Assembly (NCBI GenBank): GCA_000004985.1
Contig: GG738922.1
From: Naegleria gruberi
Lineage: Eukaryota
DNA length: 64,000 nt
Direction: 5' to 3' (one strand)
Shown piece by piece: positions 11,124-21,940 of this stretch. Made by a program: the position numbers and the translations under genes. How positions within the stretch are numbered: the first letter of the stretch is position 1; each line of letters begins with the position of its first letter. The notes beneath the pieces are model-generated. The model did not search any database, had not been told where the DNA came from, and saw only the letters and a list, made by a program, of their open reading frames with translations.

Positions 11124-11465
11124 TGTTATTGATATGATTTCAATACAATTTTGAATAAAATCAATTGTTGAACAACAATTTATCAGAAAATGCATTGCTA
11201 CGAAATCGAACAATCTTTTCATCTTTCCTTTCTTGTTCCGCTCCTTCCATATTTATTCGCTTAAAGAAGATGACTATTCACTTTACAGTTTTCCTTAATA
11301 TCCCACAACTTTCCCTTAATTCAATTATTCCTCTTTCAACAAATATCAACCAAATCTATTAATGAAATATCTCACTTTTCATTGTCCATCAAAACTTCCA
11401 TCAATTCCCATCAAATTTAAATTTACCTCCAAAACAGTAGTCGGTTTTTTCCTTACTTTAAAAAA

Positions 11466-12956
11466 ATGAGCAAACAATCAACGCCCCGAAGTGGTGGTGG
11501 CAGTAGTAGTAGTGGTTATAATTTAATTAATTCGGGTAACCCTAATCATTCAATATCGTCACCATCGTTAGCATCATCCTCATCAGCACTAAGGAGGAGT
11601 GGTGTGGAGAGTCCGGCAGGTTTGAGGTCACCTCCTGGTTCTGCCTTATCGAGAAAGAGTCGTTCGTCGACTGTTCATGTTTCTAGTAGTAGTAATGGAA
11701 GTTTTCAAGAAATGATGATGAATGGAAGTGTTGTTGGTTCCGGCAGTGGCAGTGTTGGACAAAAGAGTAAATTAACTGCATCTAATTTGAATGCTCATAA
11801 TGAACAAATTGCTGAGGATGAAAAGATGCAATCAAGGACAAAGAAAACAAGTTCGATAATGTCCCCTGGTTCTGTTGCTCCATCGAGTAATAGCAACAGT
11901 AGTAACAATTCAAGAAATAGAACCAACTCGGTAATGTCCAATACAAATAGACATATTTATCATCCAATTCCTTTGGAATTGAGTTCTAGAAATCTTTTAT
12001 ATTACCTTTACAATACTCAAAATGAAGAAGAGAAGGAGTTGATGGAACAACATTTTATTGACTCGAAATATATTGTTGCCATTGGAGATTTACATGGACA
12101 TTTGAGTGCATTGAAATTGTTAATGCTTAAATTGGAAGAAGCTCTAGGAAATGATTTACATCAAAAGTATCATTTAGTTTTTCTAGGAGATTATGTTGAT
12201 AGAGGACCTAAGATTAAGGAGACAATTGAATATTTAATACAATTGGAAAAGAGTAGAAAACCTGGAACTACTCACTTTTTGATGGGAAATCATGACTTTG
12301 CAATGGCAATGTTTTTAGGACTGTTTGATGATCAAGTTAAAGAAGGAGAATCACTAGGATCAACCTGTAAGGGGTATTTCAAAAATTATGAGTTATGGAA
12401 AGGAAACGGATCTGAACATATGCATTTACAAGGAAGAAGATGGGGACCTGGATTTACCTATTCCTCATTTAACACATTTTACAGTTATTGTACAAAGGAT
12501 GGACGCAAGGACAATGATGTTATTGGAGATCGAGACCTTCTCCTTAGAAGGATGCCAGAGTCTCACAAACAATTCTTTAGGAATATGCCTTGGATGCTGT
12601 ACAATGAGAAGAATATCTTTGTTCATGGAGGGTTTCAAACATCTTCATCCCTCAAAGAGCAAATGTTGCCACTCATGAGAAGAGACATCATGGTTCCAAG
12701 GATTAAGCCAATCTCAGAAAGAAACTTTTCCAGTATGGATGGACATGAAGATTCAACTCGAAGAATTGTCTCTGGCCACATGCAAGTGGATAGAGTTAAA
12801 GTTAGTCAAAAGAGAGCTCTAGTTGATGTAAGTGGAGGACTTACTGGAGAATTAGCTTGCGTAGTTCTTCCATCCTGCAAGGTTATCACAACTCAACCGC
12901 CAGTTGCAGCTCATGAAGAAGAAGAAGAATTCGACAGATTATTAAATAGTGATTAG
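11466..12956 (+). CDS. PPP-like metallophosphoesterase / Ser-Thr phosphatase-like protein with Ser-rich N-terminus
   Basis: Motifs 'GDLHGH' (about 12083), 'GDYVDRG' and 'GNHD' are present in canonical order and spacing. Confidence 0.7.
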   Translation: MSKQSTPRSGGGSSSSGYNLINSGNPNHSISSPSLASSSSALRRSGVESPAGLRSPPGSALSRKSRSSTVHVSSSSNGSFQEMMMNGSVVGSGSGSVGQKSKLTASNLNAHNEQIAEDEKMQSRTKKTSSIMSPGSVAPSSNSNSSNNSRNRTNSVMSNTNRHIYHPIPLELSSRNLLYYLYNTQNEEEKELMEQHFIDSKYIVAIGDLHGHLSALKLLMLKLEEALGNDLHQKYHLVFLGDYVDRGPKIKETIEYLIQLEKSRKPGTTHFLMGNHDFAMAMFLGLFDDQVKEGESLGSTCKGYFKNYELWKGNGSEHMHLQGRRWGPGFTYSSFNTFYSYCTKDGRKDNDVIGDRDLLLRRMPESHKQFFRNMPWMLYNEKNIFVHGGFQTSSSLKEQMLPLMRRDIMVPRIKPISERNFSSMDGHEDSTRRIVSGHMQVDRVKVSQKRALVDVSGGLTGELACVVLPSCKVITTQPPVAAHEEEEEFDRLLNSD

Positions 12957-12979
12957 GTCATTATCAAAAATATTCAAAT

Positions 12980-14533
12980 TTACTCGTTAACCTTTAAGAA
13001 TCTCTTTCTCATTGTCTTGACCTTTTCAATCTTGGCAGACATTGAGTTCTTCTTATCATCCTTCTTCTTTGTGAATCTTTCTCTGACCTTTTCTCTTCTT
13101 TCTTCTGCTTCACGTTCCTTTTGCATTTCCTTTGATTGAGTCTTGATTCTGTGAGGTAAATGTCTGTGTGCGGCAATCTTTCTGACATCTTCAACATTCT
13201 TGTAACGTTCAATAAGCTTTTGGTTGTATTCAATTTGTGCTTGTTCCTTCTTTGATAAACCACCTCCTCTGAGTGGAGCACTTCTTTCATTCTTCCAAAT
13301 ACGAATAGATTGATCGTCACTTCCACTATAAATATATCTACCATCACCAGAATATTTAACAGTGAATACACGTTGCATTCTCTTTGTGTGATAAACTTCA
13401 CGAGCCTTATAACTTGTACTATCTGTTTTGAAAATACGAACGGACTTATCATAACCAGCAGTTACAATTTCTGTACCTGAAGGATTATAGTCAACATCCA
13501 AAACTGCATTAATGTGACCAGAATGCATCATCAATGGTCCCTTTTCTAAAATTCTCATATCAAAAGTATATACATTACCATCTTCATTGGCAGCAGAGAA
13601 ATGGAATGGATTCATTGGATTCCAACAAACCTTATTTGATTTAGTTTGCATTGTCACAGCACGAATCATTTGATTAGTTCTCATATCATATAAACCAACA
13701 GTTCTATCTCTGGCACAATAAGCAATCAAATTCTTTTCAACCTTATTAAATTTAACACTGTAAATAGTTTCAGTAGATGTTGAAAGTTCATATTCTTGTT
13801 TACAGATCAATCTCGATGTACCTCCAGGAATTAAACTAGATGAAGAATGTCCAGAACAATCCCAAATGTGAATATATTCGTGACCACTAGTAACTACAAT
13901 AGGATCAGAATAGTGATGGTCAATACAGAGTAAAGCATTATGTGCCACAACATCTTGTAAAGGCGTTGCATATGATGGTAATTTCACACCACTATTTGAT
14001 TTTCCAATATAATCAGCTGTTGTGTATCCAATACTTCCTAATTGTGTACTTGCTTGGAAAGCATTTACATTAGCAACTTTCAAATTCAATTCCCATCGTT
14101 TCAAATGTTTATCAGTTCCTACAGAGAAATAATATGAATTTTCTGATGAATCAGATGAATGTCTATATGGTGGAATAACAATTCCATTAACAAATCCATT
14201 GTGAGCTCTATCAATTGCATAAATTGTTTTACGTTCAGTCAAATCCCAAACACGAATTTGCCCATCACAACTTCCCGAAAGAATGTGAATAAGTGAATTA
14301 GGATCTGTACAAATAGTTGTTGGTGTATCAGCATGTCCAGATAAATCTGCAAGAAAAGGTTTAGCATAAATATTATCAATCTTGGCAGCATTCATAGCTC
14401 TCATATATTCTCTTGGTTTTTCAAAACGATGAATAAGTTCCGGATTTGGATCGGAAAAGTGTCTTGTAGTTTCATAACTTGTCTGACGAGTGTGAGTATC
14501 GTCATCTCTTGATATTGTCTTTATTTTGACCAT
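12980..14533 (-). CDS. SOF1: Sof1/DCAF13, U3 snoRNP WD40-repeat protein
   Basis: N-terminus 'MVKIKTISRDDDTHTRQ...RHFSDPNPELIHRFEKPREYMRAMNAAKIDNIYAKPFL' matches the Sof1/DCAF13 N-terminus. It has WD repeats and a basic Sof1-type C-terminal tail. Confidence 0.85.
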   Translation of the reverse strand: MVKIKTISRDDDTHTRQTSYETTRHFSDPNPELIHRFEKPREYMRAMNAAKIDNIYAKPFLADLSGHADTPTTICTDPNSLIHILSGSCDGQIRVWDLTERKTIYAIDRAHNGFVNGIVIPPYRHSSDSSENSYYFSVGTDKHLKRWELNLKVANVNAFQASTQLGSIGYTTADYIGKSNSGVKLPSYATPLQDVVAHNALLCIDHHYSDPIVVTSGHEYIHIWDCSGHSSSSLIPGGTSRLICKQEYELSTSTETIYSVKFNKVEKNLIAYCARDRTVGLYDMRTNQMIRAVTMQTKSNKVCWNPMNPFHFSAANEDGNVYTFDMRILEKGPLMMHSGHINAVLDVDYNPSGTEIVTAGYDKSVRIFKTDSTSYKAREVYHTKRMQRVFTVKYSGDGRYIYSGSDDQSIRIWKNERSAPLRGGGLSKKEQAQIEYNQKLIERYKNVEDVRKIAAHRHLPHRIKTQSKEMQKEREAEERREKVRERFTKKKDDKKNSMSAKIEKVKTMRKRFLKVNE

Positions 14534-14853
14534 TTCAATTAAAGAGTTGTTGAATGGGAAAAGTTCTTGTTGTTATTGTGCTATTTTTTTAGCTTTTGGT
14601 TTTTTTGTTGTTTTAGCAAATAATTTCAATATTTTTGATGAAAGCTTTTTTGTCATCACCACAGGATTTTGAATTAATAATTAAATTATTTTCTAATTGA
14701 GAGTGATCATTCTTATTGTGAGTACTAAGGATTGGTGAGCAATTGTGTTTTTCTTCTGGATGTGAGGAGGCAAGCGGTATATGGAGATCTGTCTGTTCCG
14801 AAAATTATATAATATTTGTAAAAAGTCTTTGGATGTTTAAAGCAACAAATAAA

Positions 14854-15336
14854 CTACAAGTTGGAATAACGTTCATTGCTATGGGTGGATTCCTGCAAAA
14901 TAGACTGATGTAATTCTACAAAGTACCAATTGTCAGCAAAGAATTCATCATCCAACTTGTTTGTATTTCTATTGGGATTCGATGATGCTGAAGAAGAAGG
15001 ATTTGAAGAGTTTCCATGATTGCGTAGATAGATATCCTTCGCAGAGGCTGGCAATGGATTCAACAAATCAGCCCCAGCACTCTTATAATCATAATTTGGA
15101 GTGGAAGGCATTACTATAAGAGAGGCATTGCCGTTCACTTTGCAAATACCATTCTCTACCAAGAGACCCAAGCTTGCTCTCATATCACCAGATAGTTTGG
15201 CAAATTCGGAGAGTCCTATCTGTGGCATGAATTTTCCTCCATTGTTGTTATTATTCATTGCACTACTTCCGTTATTGCTTGTTGTTGTGCTTCTTCTGTT
15301 GGTGTTTGATGATGGTGAAAAGCCTTGTTGTTGCAT
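14854..15336 (-). CDS. Hypothetical N/S-rich protein
   Basis: 160-codon ATG ORF in an otherwise unused interval; low complexity. Confidence 0.3.
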   Translation of the reverse strand: MQQQGFSPSSNTNRRSTTTSNNGSSAMNNNNNGGKFMPQIGLSEFAKLSGDMRASLGLLVENGICKVNGNASLIVMPSTPNYDYKSAGADLLNPLPASAKDIYLRNHGNSSNPSSSASSNPNRNTNKLDDEFFADNWYFVELHQSILQESTHSNERYSNL

Positions 15337-15423
15337 TTTTCGACCGTTACATATTTTAATTGTTTTTTAAATTATTAAATATTATTTTAATAATTTAATA
15401 GTTTGGTTTTTAATTGTTGTTAT

Positions 15424-16620
15424 TTATCGTTCTTCTTCTTGACTGGATGATGATTTACTCTTGGACATGGACTCGAGAGCTTTCTTTCTCAGTGTTTCCG
15501 AAGTGGAATTTTCATTGGATTTTCTTCTTGAACTAATATAATTGTGACCATCAGAGTCAGAGTCATCGGATGATGAAGGAGGTGGTGTCGGCTCTGATCT
15601 CTCAGATGATGGTTTCCTAGAGTTGTAAGAATATTTAGAGTGCTTTCTTGGTGGTGATCTGTTTCTATCAGATGAATAGTATTGACGGTCGGAAGAGTTA
15701 TAATAATCATCATAGGAGGATGATTTACCAGAGGAACGATCATTGTATCTGCTGCTGTTATTGGTAGGGCTTGGATAAGATCTCTTTGAATAGTCCTTAG
15801 AGTAGTCCTTTCTGTAGGATTGATTAGATGATGATCCTCTAGAATCATAGGAAGAGGATGGTTTGTTCGTACTGATCTGGCTACTTGTAGAGGAACCTCT
15901 GCTACTGTTGTTATAATCAGATCCATTTCTTCCACTATTATTATTATCATTGTCACTTCTCTTGTTAAATCTTCTCTCTGATTTATCATCTTCATAGGAT
16001 TTAAAAGACTCAATTCCTCTTCTTTCTCCACTATTAGTTGATGATGAAGATTCAGAATTATGCTTAGGGTAGGATTGTTTGTTGTAATTTCTGTTATTAT
16101 TATTATTACTATAATTATCATTGGAATAGTCACGGCCATTATTATTACGAGAATAATATCTGTTATTGCCGTGTTGATTTGGAATAATCTTTTCATTGAT
16201 TTTTCTTCCGATTTTCTCTTGTTCTTCCTCTTGTTTCTTTCTAATCTCCATTTCAATTTCTAACAATCCCTCTGGTACACCACTTGTAGTGGATTGTGCT
16301 TCAACTAGTAATTTCCACAGCTCCTTCATAAAGATGGCCGATTTATCAATAGTCATAAACCCAGCCAACTGTATTTGCATTTGCTTCGGATCACAATCCT
16401 TCTCCATCAAAAGGCTATTTGCATATTCAGCAATCATGTCATCATCTGTTCCAGTCAATTCTTCAATTGTTTTATGAATCCATAATGTAAAAACTTCTAG
16501 ATTTACCTTGCTTATATCGACTTTGATATCGAAGCCTTTAGGAAATTTTGTTGATTGAACGAGAAGTTTGTCCTTGTTGGCAAATCGGACATCTTGCTCC
16601 AGCGAAGCTGTTCCTCTCAT
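15424..16620 (-). CDS. SRm160/SRRM1-like splicing coactivator with N-terminal PWI domain and RS/SY-rich tail
   Basis: 'KVNLEVFTLWIHKTIEELTG...DDDMIAEYANSLL' matches the PWI domain of SRRM1. The C-terminus is rich in RS/SY dipeptides. Confidence 0.8.
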   Translation of the reverse strand: MRGTASLEQDVRFANKDKLLVQSTKFPKGFDIKVDISKVNLEVFTLWIHKTIEELTGTDDDMIAEYANSLLMEKDCDPKQMQIQLAGFMTIDKSAIFMKELWKLLVEAQSTTSGVPEGLLEIEMEIRKKQEEEQEKIGRKINEKIIPNQHGNNRYYSRNNNGRDYSNDNYSNNNNNRNYNKQSYPKHNSESSSSTNSGERRGIESFKSYEDDKSERRFNKRSDNDNNNSGRNGSDYNNSSRGSSTSSQISTNKPSSSYDSRGSSSNQSYRKDYSKDYSKRSYPSPTNNSSRYNDRSSGKSSSYDDYYNSSDRQYYSSDRNRSPPRKHSKYSYNSRKPSSERSEPTPPPSSSDDSDSDGHNYISSRRKSNENSTSETLRKKALESMSKSKSSSSQEEER

Positions 16621-16781
16621 TTTTTTTGATTTTAAAAAATAAATTTAAATATTCAAAATAACTATTAAAATTGAAATTGAATCGAATTGAAAGAGAGTAA
16701 CCACAAGATGATAGATATAACCCAATATTTACACTACTAGTATTAAATCTGATAATAGACAATTTTAAAACCTGATCACAA

Positions 16782-16862
16782 GTTGAGGTGGCCGAGTGGT
16801 TAAGGCGCCAGCCTGCTAAGTTGGTGGAGTAATCCGCGTGGGTTCGAATCCCATCCTCAACG
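16782..16862 (+). tRNA. tRNA-Ser (anticodon GCT)
   Basis: GTTGAGGTGGCCGAGTGGTTAAGGCGCCAGCCTGCTAAGTTGG...GGTTCGAATCCCATCCTCAACG has a 7-bp acceptor stem, long variable arm, GCT anticodon loop and T-loop GGTTCGAATCC. Confidence 0.85.
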
Positions 16863-17003
16863 TTTTGTCTTGTTAACTTTTTCATTAATACACTAAATTA
16901 TCAGAATTTTGCTTGAAAATCTGGTCTCTGGGATACATGTCTATTCCAAATATTAAAATAGTAAGATACCTGATAACCGTTCAATTGTCAGAAATCAAAA
17001 AAA

Positions 17004-17321
17004 ATGTCTCAACTCTCAACCACTGTTGTCTACACAGTCATCACCTTTATTGTATTATGCCCTCCGCTTGCCATTTTGCTCATGAGATTCTACCCAAAGG
17101 ATCACTATGATGATTTGAAGAGTTTCAATCTACACATCCTAATTAGTTTTGTTTTATTGACAATTTGTTATTTTATTCCGGAAATTGATGGTGGATTCAG
17201 AACACAACTGAAACAATTTTACTTTTATCTCTTTCTGAAAGGGATTGTTTATATTCCTGCAATATTACATGCATCATTCATGTTCTTTGCTTGGGGACTC
17301 ACTGTTGAGAATCACAAGTGA
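17004..17321 (+). CDS. Hypothetical small multi-TM protein
   Basis: 105-codon ATG ORF with hydrophobic segments; no recognisable motif. Confidence 0.25.
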   Translation: MSQLSTTVVYTVITFIVLCPPLAILLMRFYPKDHYDDLKSFNLHILISFVLLTICYFIPEIDGGFRTQLKQFYFYLFLKGIVYIPAILHASFMFFAWGLTVENHK

Positions 17322-17720
17322 TAACAAGAAGTTTTAATTTTAATTAATTTAATTTTGGGTTGGCAATGTGAATTTACATTGCTTTGAGAATAATGGTTGG
17401 TTGAGTAGCAAGGGTGAAATAATTTGTGGAGATCGATGGGCACAGCGGAAGTGAGATTTACTTGTTCTAGAGCTATCAATATGCTTATCTTGGATCTGAA
17501 CTTGATTCTCAAATTCATGTAGAAAGTGAAACGTTACTAAAGGAATACGTTATAGGCTAAGAATTCTGTAATGTTGAGACCATGAGGAACGTGTTTCGCC
17601 ATTTTTTTTAACATGTTCGATAATTGACAGGATGGTATTACTTGTTAATAGTAGAATAGGTATTTTTAATAATTTAATGTTGGATGAAAATTTACAAAGA
17701 ATTGTGGCTGTTTTGTGACT

Positions 17721-18731
17721 CTATATTGCTTTGAAAATAACGACTGGTTGAGGAATGGTTGAATAATTTGTAGAGGATGACTTTCTTTTCATTAATTTGG
17801 AGAATGAATAATTGACAAACTTGGTGAAACAATTTGCAAACAAGTTGACCATTCTTCTTGGGATACTAATTTGTTCCAACATGCTGACATCTCTCTTTGG
17901 GAAAATATGATGATTGTCATGCTCATTGACATGATGAACGTGATATCCAATCAAAATTTCAAGAACAAGATTAATATCCACAGTTTGTTGGAAAGGATAA
18001 AAGTTGTCAACCAATGAATCGAACCATCCTTCTTCATGAGCTAATGTTGTGAAAACCATAAAAATTACAGTCATGACAAGTCTACACATTACCAAGTGAA
18101 TTAAATAAGCAATAGGATTCATTAACAAGAATGGAGCCAAGAGCAAAACCAATCTAGCAAAGGTCATTGGAGCATGCTTCCACTTCATGTCTCTCTTCTT
18201 CTTCAAATAAAAGCTGATATAATTAAAATCAAAGAGTGAACTTCTCATGAATAATACCCAACGATTTGGTGATGATTTACACCAATAATCAGCATCTCTT
18301 TGCATGATTTGCTTATGTCTGTAGAGAATATCTGATGGTGTCAAGTAATCTTGTGCAATGTCCATTGAGTACTTTCTGCTATCTTGGCCATAATTGAAAT
18401 GATGATGAGAATCGTGGCCAATTTTTCCTGGCTTGAAGGTTAACAAGTGACCGAAACCAACTCCAAGCAAGAGGTCAACAATTGGATTCAATGACTTTTC
18501 TTGGTGAAGTAAATTGTGATAGCACAATGTCCATCTTCCACCACAAATAAGATAGACTAGTGGTAAGATCAACATTTGAGCAGGAATGTTAACATTAAAG
18601 TGGCTCATTGCGAGCATGGTACCAAGAGGGATGAATTGAGTGATCATGTTGAAAAAGAGGGAGGCATATTTGCTGTAAGGAACTTCGGTTCCATGGACTG
18701 GATGTCTTCCGTGAATCAATTGTCTGGTCAT
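17721..18731 (-). CDS. Membrane fatty-acid desaturase/hydroxylase family protein (di-iron His-box type)
   Basis: His boxes 'HNLLH', 'HDSHHH' and 'HVHHVNEHDNHH' sit within a polytopic membrane protein. Confidence 0.55.
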   Translation of the reverse strand: MTRQLIHGRHPVHGTEVPYSKYASLFFNMITQFIPLGTMLAMSHFNVNIPAQMLILPLVYLICGGRWTLCYHNLLHQEKSLNPIVDLLLGVGFGHLLTFKPGKIGHDSHHHFNYGQDSRKYSMDIAQDYLTPSDILYRHKQIMQRDADYWCKSSPNRWVLFMRSSLFDFNYISFYLKKKRDMKWKHAPMTFARLVLLLAPFLLMNPIAYLIHLVMCRLVMTVIFMVFTTLAHEEGWFDSLVDNFYPFQQTVDINLVLEILIGYHVHHVNEHDNHHIFPKRDVSMLEQISIPRRMVNLFANCFTKFVNYSFSKLMKRKSSSTNYSTIPQPVVIFKAI

Positions 18732-19191
18732 TTGTAGTTTTGATGTTGTTGTTTGTTTTTTTTTGTTGTGGAAAAGAAAAACATTTTACCAGCGAGCTAA
18801 ATACTGTTTGCAAAGCAGAATTTTTTGCAGCAGCTATTTTTATTTTTTGTTGCAACAAAACTTGTTTTGCACAGAAACAAACAGATTTGCTCTAAAACAA
18901 ACGGAACCAACCGTATTGTAGATCCAGGTTTTGTAATAGGTTAGAAAATACTTTACAGTTTTCAAGGAATGATGAAGCGAATGAGAAAATTCATTATTTT
19001 ACCATGTTTTAAATAAAAAAAATCAAATTTCACAACTATTTCCAACATTATATATTTTGATAATGCAAAATCACTGAATGAAATAATACTATTCGTTCGC
19101 ACAATATTTAAACACAATCCAATAATTGGATATTAATAATTATTTGTAAAAAAATCTTAAAGAATGAAGTTGTTGAAAAAAAAAGTAAAAA

Positions 19192-20577
19192 ATGATAAAT
19201 AGGAGGAAGATCATCATCTTTGGAGGAGCTGTTGTTTTATTTATTTTAATGACCACGTTTTTGTATTATTCCGTATTTTCCACACCACATAAATACGAAA
19301 CATATCAACTTGAAAAACGAAACCAAACTAAACATAATAGTTCGGAGAAGGATCTTTTCATCATCAATTTACCAAAAGATGTCAATTTAGTACCTGTCAA
19401 ACCTGTAGGCCAAATCACTTTCAACACCATGCAAAATATGCAAAATAGTCAATGTAGTGCAACACGTGGAAATTTGAATCCTCCGAGAAGTTTCATTACG
19501 AAACCAGAAAATAGTCCATGGCCAAACTTCTCACCTTCAACATTTTCCATAGAAACTGATTTTATTCAGTGGAAAAATAATAATTCTGATTATTGGAATC
19601 GTATTTCTCGTGGATTGGATGGAGAAGCATTAAATAGTGAAAAATTAAAGATGAACGAAATGGGATTGACATTGAATTTACATTTGAAACCAAAGGAAGG
19701 GCATTTACCCATCTGGCTAAAAACATTCAAGAGAAGAACTCCTCTTGATATTGTTCTGGATGCAGTATGTAGAATTGATGACATTTCACACACGATTTTA
19801 TATGTTACCATTGATGGTGGAGATTTTGATCAAGTGGTAGAGGAATTAATCAAAGTCAAGTGTGTGAAAGTTAAAATTTATTTCCATCCAATTCTTAGTG
19901 ATTTGAGAAATTTAGGTTTAGACAAGAGAAATTTAGATACTGGATTGGTTTTAAATTCTCATTATGTGTATGGATTGTATTTGCTGACTCACAAATTGGA
20001 TTATCCCTATGTTATTACATTGGAGGACGATTTGGAACCAACTCCTGATTTTTATAGATTCCACTATAGTTTATATCATTTTGTGTTTGGGAAACAAGCA
20101 TCTTATTACAATAGTAAGAAAATATTTGCAATTGGTGCATTTTCTCATGGTCCAATTGTTGATTGCATTTCATTGGCTGCCAAATTATCAAACGATGAAA
20201 CACATAAATGTGGAAATAAGGCAGTCCATCAACTTGTGGAAGAAGATTATTTCCCTGGATGGGGCAGTGGTATTCCAAAGGAAAGCTTTTTAGAATATTG
20301 GGGTGATTGGAAGAGTAATAGACATATTTATGATTATGGAATGAGTATGCTTAGATCTGGAGAAAATCGATACACTCTCGTTCCATGTTCTCCTAGAGTT
20401 AGAACTGTTGCAAATGCTGGCATTAATGGTCAAAATTCTGGTAGATGGGATCATTACATTAGTCAATTTGCTCAGTGGAATGAAAAACCACTGAATAGAA
20501 TTTATTATGTTGATAGAAGAGATGGCGTTGTGAAGGCAGACGAAAAGGGAAAATTTTTATACAACAAGTTGACTTGA
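19192..20577 (+). CDS. GT13-family N-acetylglucosaminyltransferase I-like (MGAT1/POMGNT1-like), type-II membrane protein
   Basis: N-terminal signal anchor 'IIIFGGAVVLFILMTTFLYY'. Catalytic 'VITLEDDLEPTPDFYRF' (about 20024-20070) matches the GnT-I 'VVEDDLEVAPDFFEYF' segment. Confidence 0.6.
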   Translation: MINRRKIIIFGGAVVLFILMTTFLYYSVFSTPHKYETYQLEKRNQTKHNSSEKDLFIINLPKDVNLVPVKPVGQITFNTMQNMQNSQCSATRGNLNPPRSFITKPENSPWPNFSPSTFSIETDFIQWKNNNSDYWNRISRGLDGEALNSEKLKMNEMGLTLNLHLKPKEGHLPIWLKTFKRRTPLDIVLDAVCRIDDISHTILYVTIDGGDFDQVVEELIKVKCVKVKIYFHPILSDLRNLGLDKRNLDTGLVLNSHYVYGLYLLTHKLDYPYVITLEDDLEPTPDFYRFHYSLYHFVFGKQASYYNSKKIFAIGAFSHGPIVDCISLAAKLSNDETHKCGNKAVHQLVEEDYFPGWGSGIPKESFLEYWGDWKSNRHIYDYGMSMLRSGENRYTLVPCSPRVRTVANAGINGQNSGRWDHYISQFAQWNEKPLNRIYYVDRRDGVVKADEKGKFLYNKLT

Positions 20578-20747
20578 TTAATGAGGGTAAACTTCCACCA
20601 TCAAACAACAAGCAAGAAGCTTCTCAGGATGCTGATGATTGTTTCCATTTTTCAAACTCTCAAGTTCGAATGCTGACTGGAGGGCATGGTTCTGAGCGGT
20701 TGCTGTAACTATTGAAACAACACCCTTAATAAAAGTAGAACAAAAAA

Positions 20748-21128
20748 ATGACCAAAAATCATGACCGTTTCAACGATCTCATGTTTGAAAGTATAGAGAT
20801 TACATTGCGTGAAGATTTAGTTATGGATGACGAAGCCAAAGTATCTTTTGGAAAATCTTCAAGTATTCCTTATTTCCACGCTTTTAATGGAAGAATTATT
20901 TGTCATGCTACTCCAAAAGAACCATTAAAGTTATACCCCAAATATGATTGGGCAATCGTTGAGCTAGACATCACAAGTAGAGAACTCGACTCATTATTCG
21001 CAGAGAGTTGTCACTTTCCACCAATCCCCAAGTTTATCATTCCAACACCTTCCAAAGTTGAAACATCCATTCAATCTGATATATATAAATATTTTTCGGT
21101 ACTTTGGTTTACAATTATTGAAGAATGA
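20748..21128 (+). CDS. Hypothetical protein
   Basis: ATG ORF of 126 codons; may be part of the same gene as 21233..21733. Confidence 0.3.
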   Translation: MTKNHDRFNDLMFESIEITLREDLVMDDEAKVSFGKSSSIPYFHAFNGRIICHATPKEPLKLYPKYDWAIVELDITSRELDSLFAESCHFPPIPKFIIPTPSKVETSIQSDIYKYFSVLWFTIIEE

Positions 21129-21232
21129 AGTTTTGATATTTAAGTTTCCAAAAACATTAAAATTCCGAAACGTGATAGAGTGTAAAAATAATAAATGTAA
21201 CAGTTCACACAATCAAGCACAAGTCAAAAAAA

Positions 21233-21733
21233 ATGTCAAATTCAAATCTGCTTTCAGAATTCAAAACCAAAGTTATTGTTGACAAGATTGCTCATATTTT
21301 TCTTGTAGGACCTCCTCCTCACTCCAGAAGTTGGGGATTTCCAGCCATTCTATTGATGAATGAGCAAATAATGGCATCTATTCTCAAAGATTCGTATGAA
21401 CCCTATTCTAAAATGAATAACCAAGAGAAGAAGGAGGCAAGAGATTGGTATGAAACATGTGGAGCTATTGTCAATAAAATGATTGGTATGATCGATTGGG
21501 AGGATTGGGATGGTCATTCTGCTGTTGAATGTGATGTCTTATCCTTTGAAATTGACCATCCACATCTGTATCAACTCGTTGTTGATGATATGATCAAAAA
21601 AGCATTTTCCAGTCAGAGTGAGGAAGAAAGAGAAGTTGTTAAGAGTACAGTCTTTTCAGATCCACCAACTTTTGCCTATTACTTGTCTCAGAATTTACCT
21701 ACTCTCATTGTAAAGCATGTTCCCACAAATTAG
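21233..21733 (+). CDS. Hypothetical protein
   Basis: ATG ORF of 166 codons. Confidence 0.35.
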   Translation: MSNSNLLSEFKTKVIVDKIAHIFLVGPPPHSRSWGFPAILLMNEQIMASILKDSYEPYSKMNNQEKKEARDWYETCGAIVNKMIGMIDWEDWDGHSAVECDVLSFEIDHPHLYQLVVDDMIKKAFSSQSEEEREVVKSTVFSDPPTFAYYLSQNLPTLIVKHVPTN

Positions 21734-21940
21734 TAAAAGATCAAGTTGTGGCCATATCTCAACGACAATATAAATAGATCCATTTTGTAATTTTTGGTCT
21801 AAATATTCTCAATTCTTGTTTTTCCTTTTCAGTGTTCAAAACTGGAATACTATCATCAATGAAATCGTCCCTGTCTGCAATGGTGTAGCTGCACTAATAG
21901 AGTTGTAAAGTAGTTCAATCAATATATAGTTCAAATGTAA

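Noticed and set aside
15489-16256. 255-codon antisense ORF inside the SRm160-like gene, and similar antisense ORFs (13009..13452 inside Sof1; 3751..4104 and others inside the first receptor)
   Set aside because: They are the opposite strand of well-supported genes. Their composition (I/T/M-rich) is typical of antisense reading of AT-rich coding DNA.
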